DNA of 64,000 bases from Blastocladiella emersonii ATCC 22665. Its lineage: Eukaryota > Fungi > Blastocladiomycota. A program made the translations under genes and the position numbers. The stretch covers positions 1,736,001-1,800,000 of the forward strand of contig JANHCV010000004.1 in NCBI GenBank assembly GCA_025594325.1, written 5' to 3'. This document shows positions 59,420 through 64,000 of the stretch, piece by piece; the first letter of the stretch is position 1; every line of letters begins with the position of its first letter. The notes beneath the pieces were generated by a model. That model had not been told where the DNA came from and made no database searches. It was given only the letters and a program-made list of their open reading frames with translations.

Positions 59420-60475
59420 TTACAGGCTGCCGGAGCGCTTGGCGTAGGACACGAAGCCGGCGGCGATGAGGAGGCCCCACCCGCCGACCTTGAGCTTGTA
59501 GTTGAGGGCCTCCCAGTCGGCCTTGGCCTGCTCGAGCTCGGCGGCCTTGCGGAGCTCCTCGGCGGGGTCGTCGAGCGGGAGGAGGCCGGCGGCGGTGATC
59601 ACCACGTCCTCGTCGGGCACGTTGGTCATGTAGTCGGCGTTGGTGTAGTCCATGCGGGTGACCACCTTAAGCCCATCAACCACGCGGCCGAACACAACAT
59701 GGCGCCCGTCGAGCCAGTTGGTTCCCGCGGCCGTAATGTAGAACTGCGAGCCATTGGAGTCGGGCCCCGAGTTGGCCATGGCCACGACGCCCTTGGACGA
59801 GTGGTCGAGCTCCAGGTTCTCGTCCTCAAAGTGCTTGTTGGTGATGGTGCCGTCCTCGTGCTTCTCGGCCCAGATCGAGTACCCGCCGCGCCCGTTGCCG
59901 TGCTCAAAGTCACCGCCCTAGATTGGGGGAAACGAATGAGTTGCGGAACTCATGCGCCGAGTACTCGGGCGAGACGAGACGGGACGTACCTGCATCATGA
60001 AGCCGTGGATGATGCGGTGGAACTTGGATCCGACGTAGCCGTAGCCCTTGGTGTGCGTCGCGAGACCGACAAAGTTCTCGACCGTGCGGGGAGCGTCCTG
60101 TATCGAGCGCGCTTCTCGTCAGCCTCGGGTCCAGCTGCTTCTCCGCCAAGTCGAGTGCGACGTACGTTGCCGAACAGGCCAATGACGATACGCCCAATGT
60201 CCTTGGACCCGATGCGCATGTCAAAGTACACCTTGTGCGTGATCTTGGCGGCTACGGCGAGGGTGGGCGCGTGCACTCAGTCAGCTCATGCGCTGCATCA
60301 CTCACGAAGCAGCGCCGCACGTACTCTTGGTCGTGACCTTGACGGGCGCAGCCGGCACGTCCTCGCCCTTGGGCGCGGCGGGCGGGTCGGCGCGGATGGG
60401 CTCGCTGGCGTTGGCGAGCGCCACGACGCTCAGGATGAGCGCCAGGAGTGCCAGGACGGTCTTGGAAAGCTGCAT
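59420..60475 (-). CDS. Secretory cyclophilin with putative C-terminal membrane anchor
   Basis: Signal peptide; [15 protein letters not shown]; [13 protein letters not shown]; C-terminal [22 protein letters not shown]. Confidence 0.9.
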
Positions 60476-60830
60476 GGTAGTAAGATGGAGATGTGTGCAG
60501 AACTGATACAGGGCTGCTCTAGTTCATAAGAGAGCGTGCGTGTTGGGGGAGGGAGAGAGCGGGCGGACGTGGGCGTCGGCCAGCAGGGCGTGTCTGCGGC
60601 AGCGGGCCGAGTGGGCGTCGGAGCGGCGGCGCCGCATCACGCCGAGGTGAAACGCAGCGTGGCGACCGAGTCGCGGCGCGCCACGTCGCCGCCGAGCGCT
60701 TCTCGACGGTTCCGCCGGCCGCCGTGCTGACTTGACTGTCAGCGTCCCTGCCACGTAGCAGCTCTCGCGAGTGTGGGATCACGCAATCAATCATGTAAAT
60801 GTATCCAAAATGGGGTCTCGTTCAACTAGT

Positions 60831-61495
60831 CTAGCACGTCCCGTTCTCGAGCGAGCACGCGATCCCGGCCTCGACGGCGCCCTTGGCGTCTGCCGCCTCC
60901 GTCTTGGTCCCGGCGCTGGCCGCAATCCGCTCGGCGCGGATCCGCTCGAACACGCTGAGCCAGGCCGCGGGATCCTCGGCGCCGTGGATGCGGAACTTGC
61001 CGCCGGCGACGTCAAAGTCGGGGACGCCGCCGATCCCGGAGCGGCGCGACTTGTCGAGGGTGACGCGGGTCTCGTACCCGAGCTCGCCCAACGCGAGGAA
61101 CTCGAGGGTCTCGTCGCGGCTGAGCCCGGCCTTCTCGGCGCCGTTGGCGAGCACGGCGTGGTCCGACAGCGGGCGGCCCTTTTCAAAGTACTCGACGAAC
61201 AGGGCCTCGACGACCTTGGTCTGGACCCCCGCGCCGTGCGTGGCGAGGACGTGGGTCAGGAGCCGGTGGTAGTCAAAGGTGCTGCCGATCAGGCCCGTGT
61301 TGTCAAACTGGATGCCAACGCTCGCGCCGATGGCGTCCATCTGCGCCCACATGCGCCGGTACCCGGGCCCGAACCGCGCCTCGTACATCTCGGTCTTGGG
61401 TCGCGCCTCGGCCGTCAGCGTCGGGTTCAGGTCGAACGGGTGCCACCGCGTCTCGACGGCGAGCGCTGGCTCGTCCGGGTGCGCCGCGTTGTATC
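60831..61495 (-). CDS. DsbA-like thioredoxin (FrnE type) lacking its 5' CxxC exon in this window
   Basis: RWHPFDLNP..GSTFDYHRLL..LFVEYFE..GIGGVPDF..IHGAEDP; in-frame TGA at about 61504; no CPWC seen upstream. Confidence 0.8.
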
Positions 61496-61496
61496 T

Positions 61497-61600
61497 GGGC
61501 TGTCACTTTCGACATGGCCGCATTACAAGACATGTGAGGGTTCCGTCGGACACACACCCCGAGAGGTGCACCCCAAGACAGTTCCCCCAGGTAGGACGAG
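61497..61600 (-). ncRNA. Candidate Fanzor omegaRNA scaffold at element right end
   Basis: Hairpin-rich stretch downstream of the Fanzor stop, ending in the GGC-CA-TGTC-GAAAGT-GACA-GCC hairpin (61519-61498) just before host DsbA coding sequence; expected position for TnpB/Fanzor RNAs. Confidence 0.5.
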
Positions 61601-61698
61601 TGAGGAGAGAGAGGAAGAAACAAACAACAGCGGGGAAGGAAGGAAGGGAGGGAGGGAGGACCGGACCACGGACACTACCATACGCCAGCCCGCCCGCC

Positions 61699-63360
61699 CT
61701 AGTTGTCGGCCTTGCCGCCCTTGCCGCGACCGCGACGACCGCGATGACCGCGCGCGCGAGCGTGCTCGTACACGCGCGCCTCGGGCGACTCGCGCGCGGC
61801 TGCGTCCACGTCCATGGCGGTCGCCTGCTCGTTGTTGTTGCTTCTGCTGCTGCTGCTGCTGGCCGTGGTGGTCGTGGCACCCCGTGCGGGCACCATCGCC
61901 GCCATGACCGCGCGCGAGACCTGGTCCTTGGTGTACTGCTGCACCGCAGCCCGCCGAGGCGCCGAGCCGAGCCCCGCGGCCCGCCCCGCCGCCGTAATCG
62001 TCATCGTCGTCGCAGCCGAAAAAGTCGGGCGACCCGACGTCGCAGCGCGAGGCTGGACAGTCGAGGCCGACGAGGGCTGCACGTTGACGAGGTCGGGCAA
62101 CAAGGACCCAGGGGACCCAGGGGACGCGACGCGACGGCGCATGCGGGACGCGGAAGCGGGCGCGGAGCGAGACAAGGAAGACGCACTTGGCGATCTCGAT
62201 CGGCTTCTTGACGCCGAGCTTGAGGATGACGAGCTGCTTGGCGAGGAGGACCGACTGCGGGCTTGGCTGTTGGCGTCGTCTTGATCCAGGTCCATGTTGT
62301 TGAGGCCGTGGTCGTTGCCATCCTCATCACCTCCTGCACCCGGACCACCATCACCACCATCACCACCACCACCTGGACCGTCGGCGGGCTCGTCCGCGTA
62401 GCCGGGGTCGCCCTCGAACCGCAGCAGGTTGCTCGCGTACAGCGCAATGTTGAGCGCGGCGTTGCGGTCGCAGTTGAGGGCGTGGCAGCACCGCCGGCAC
62501 ACCTTCTTGGCCCACGTCTTGCCGGGCTGGTGCGGGTCCGTGCCGAGGTCGCACGAGCCGTTCTTGCCGTTGTCGGGAGCGACCGCCGCGCACGCGCAGC
62601 ACCGCTTCGACGTGTAGGCCTCGTTGACAATGTGGATGTTGACCTTGCGCTTGCGCATCTCGCGGATGAACTCCTTGACGGGGCCCTTGGACTTGGCCTT
62701 GATGTGGCCGAACTCGTTGGCGTGGCCGATGAGCACGACCGCGTCGCGCAGCATGTTGGCGATGTTGGACCACCACTGCTGCCGCCACGACAGCTGGTTG
62801 AAGTGGCGGCGCTTGTGGGCGAGGCGGTTCTGGGTCGTGTACACGGGCTCAAAGTACTTGGTGTTGGTCTGCGTCATGGCGATCTTGTCCTTGGACTTGG
62901 CCGCCTTGGACATCTTGGCGTACACGGGGTCGAGGTTCTTCTCGGCGCGGACGCGCTCCTCGTCGGCCTTGGCCTGGGTGCCGCCCGTCTGGCCCTGGAA
63001 CCGCCGCGTCGAGATCTGCAGGTAGCGGTACTCGCCGAGGCCCTTGGGGTGCGTGATCACCTTGAGCACCTCCTCCTTGAAGGCGAGCTTGTTGGCCTCG
63101 GACAGCGGCGCCGGGCCGTCGCCGTGCGTCGCTTGTCGTCGGTGGACGAGCGAGCGCGCGAACACAAACTCGAGGATGATGAGCGAAATGAAGTTGTTGA
63201 CGCCCGGGTCGATGCCGACCAGGTACTTGCCGCGCGCGACGCGGATGGGCTCGTTCTTGATCCCGAACTCCTTGACGGCCTTGCGCACGTTGAAGCCCAT
63301 GAAGTCGCCCGACCCGCCGCCCGCCTCGTCGCCCGCGTCGCCCTCCTCCTCCTCCACCAC
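61699..63360 (-). CDS. Fanzor (eukaryotic TnpB-like RNA-guided RuvC nuclease); N-terminal REC/WED part not evident
   Basis: LVGIDPG (D 63210-63208), VVLIG..GPVKEF..IVNEAYTSKRCCAC (E 62622-62620), VCRRC..CDRNAALNI (D 62469-62467). Confidence 0.92.
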   Translation of the reverse strand: MVEEEEGDAGDEAGGGSGDFMGFNVRKAVKEFGIKNEPIRVARGKYLVGIDPGVNNFISLIILEFVFARSLVHRRQATHGDGPAPLSEANKLAFKEEVLKVITHPKGLGEYRYLQISTRRFQGQTGGTQAKADEERVRAEKNLDPVYAKMSKAAKSKDKIAMTQTNTKYFEPVYTTQNRLAHKRRHFNQLSWRQQWWSNIANMLRDAVVLIGHANEFGHIKAKSKGPVKEFIREMRKRKVNIHIVNEAYTSKRCCACAAVAPDNGKNGSCDLGTDPHQPGKTWAKKVCRRCCHALNCDRNAALNIALYASNLLRFEGDPGYADEPADGPGGGGDGGDGGPGAGGDEDGNDHGLNNMDLDQDDANSQARSRSSSPSSSSSSSSASRSRSRSPSASSLSRSAPASASRMRRRVASPGSPGSLLPDLVNVQPSSASTVQPRAATSGRPTFSAATTMTITAAGRAAGLGSAPRRAAVQQYTKDQVSRAVMAAMVPARGATTTTASSSSSRSNNNEQATAMDVDAAARESPEARVYEHARARGHRGRRGRGKGGKADN

Positions 63361-64000
63361 GCTCGTCAAGCAGTGGGGTGCCGTAAAGGCCCGCAGCGTC
63401 GCGTTCCGCGGGATCGACAAGCACAAGATCCAAAAACTGCTGACCGACTCGGCGCTCGTGCGCGACGAGCTCAAGACCAGCCAGTTCCGGCTCGAGGCCG
63501 TCTCCTACTCGATCCGCACCGCCATGCAGGGCCCGACGTCCCTGGCCGCGGGACCCGTGACCAGCAGCATGGGCGCGGGTGGGCCGGTGCTCATGGCGGC
63601 GTACCACGAGATCTTCGCCCGCGCCGAGGCGGCGCGCGCCGAGGAGGTCGCCGCGCAGACGTTTGTCGACGTGGATGAGCTGGTACCCACGCCGGGTCCA
63701 CCTGCTGCTCCTGCCGCCGTCGCCCCCGGCCCGATCCCCGCCGTACCCGAGGACTTTTTGTATGGCAGCGTCTTCTCGAAGAACGCGGCCGTTCGGGCTC
63801 GGACTCGGCCTCGGTCAACGACCGCAGCAGCCGAGTACCTCGACCATCACCCCGCTGACGAGGATGACGGCGATGGAGCTGCTGCCGCCGCTGTTGCTGC
63901 TGTTGCAGCTGCTGTAGCTGCTGCTGCTGCTGCGGCGGCGGCGAGCGCTCAACCTGCTGCAACGGGTGCCGCTTCCGCGGGTGGTGGTCGCGGCCGTCAA
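63299..64000 (+). CDS. Unidentified plus-strand ORF head-to-head with Fanzor; runs off window
   Basis: No stop from 63026 to 64000; protein-like from about 63361 (LVKQWGAVKARSVAFRGIDKHKIQKLLTDSALVRDELK..), Ala-rich end. Confidence 0.5.
   Translation, partial: MKSPDPPPASSPASPSSSSTTLVKQWGAVKARSVAFRGIDKHKIQKLLTDSALVRDELKTSQFRLEAVSYSIRTAMQGPTSLAAGPVTSSMGAGGPVLMAAYHEIFARAEAARAEEVAAQTFVDVDELVPTPGPPAAPAAVAPGPIPAVPEDFLYGSVFSKNAAVRARTRPRSTTAAAEYLDHHPADEDDGDGAAAAAVAAVAAAVAAAAAAAAASAQPAATGAASAGGGRGRQ

Larger units (their letters stand above)
61497..64000 (-). mobile_element. Putative Fanzor-carrying mobile element; left end outside the window
   Basis: Fanzor ORF, candidate RNA scaffold and interrupted host gene at the 3' flank. 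Confidence 0.6.

Noticed and set aside
59210-60757. CCACGT (UPRE/G-box-like) sites upstream of both cyclophilins and at about 25470-25500
   Set aside because: A hexamer is expected often by chance in GC-rich DNA; no enrichment test possible here.
63361-63474. ORF-track N-terminus of Fanzor (MSSSRTSAESV..)
   Set aside because: Begins at TTG and reads like the antisense shadow of the plus-strand ORF.
1-64000. tRNA or rRNA genes
   Set aside because: No cloverleaf, A/B boxes or rRNA-like sequence recognised by eye.

Overview
GC-rich, intron-containing eukaryotic DNA (short GT-AG introns, GTRCGY donors). Gene content (centrin, CCSAP-like, Costars, INTS9, class-A-like GPCRs, fungal-type housekeeping genes) suggests a zoosporic fungus, probably Blastocladiomycota; this is inference. 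The core carries about 25 genes, including INTS9, M13 peptidase, SFT2, COX6, NDUFB11, COG2, SAC1-like, RPL28, Nudix, DUF1640, RPN1, PDS5, centrin and two cyclophilins. Four unusual parts interrupt it. (1) A 1091-bp inverted duplication (5640-6730 / 9341-10431) around a patchwork spacer. (2) A lower-GC BTB gene. (3) A lower-GC island with a Gly-zipper gene and three tandem LRR paralogs, each preceded by the same 48-bp motif. (4) At the right end, a Fanzor (eukaryotic TnpB) ORF with all three RuvC acidic residues and a Zn finger, followed by a structured candidate omegaRNA that abuts a 5'-truncated DsbA/FrnE gene. All family calls are from recalled motifs, not database searches; exon boundaries were read by eye.
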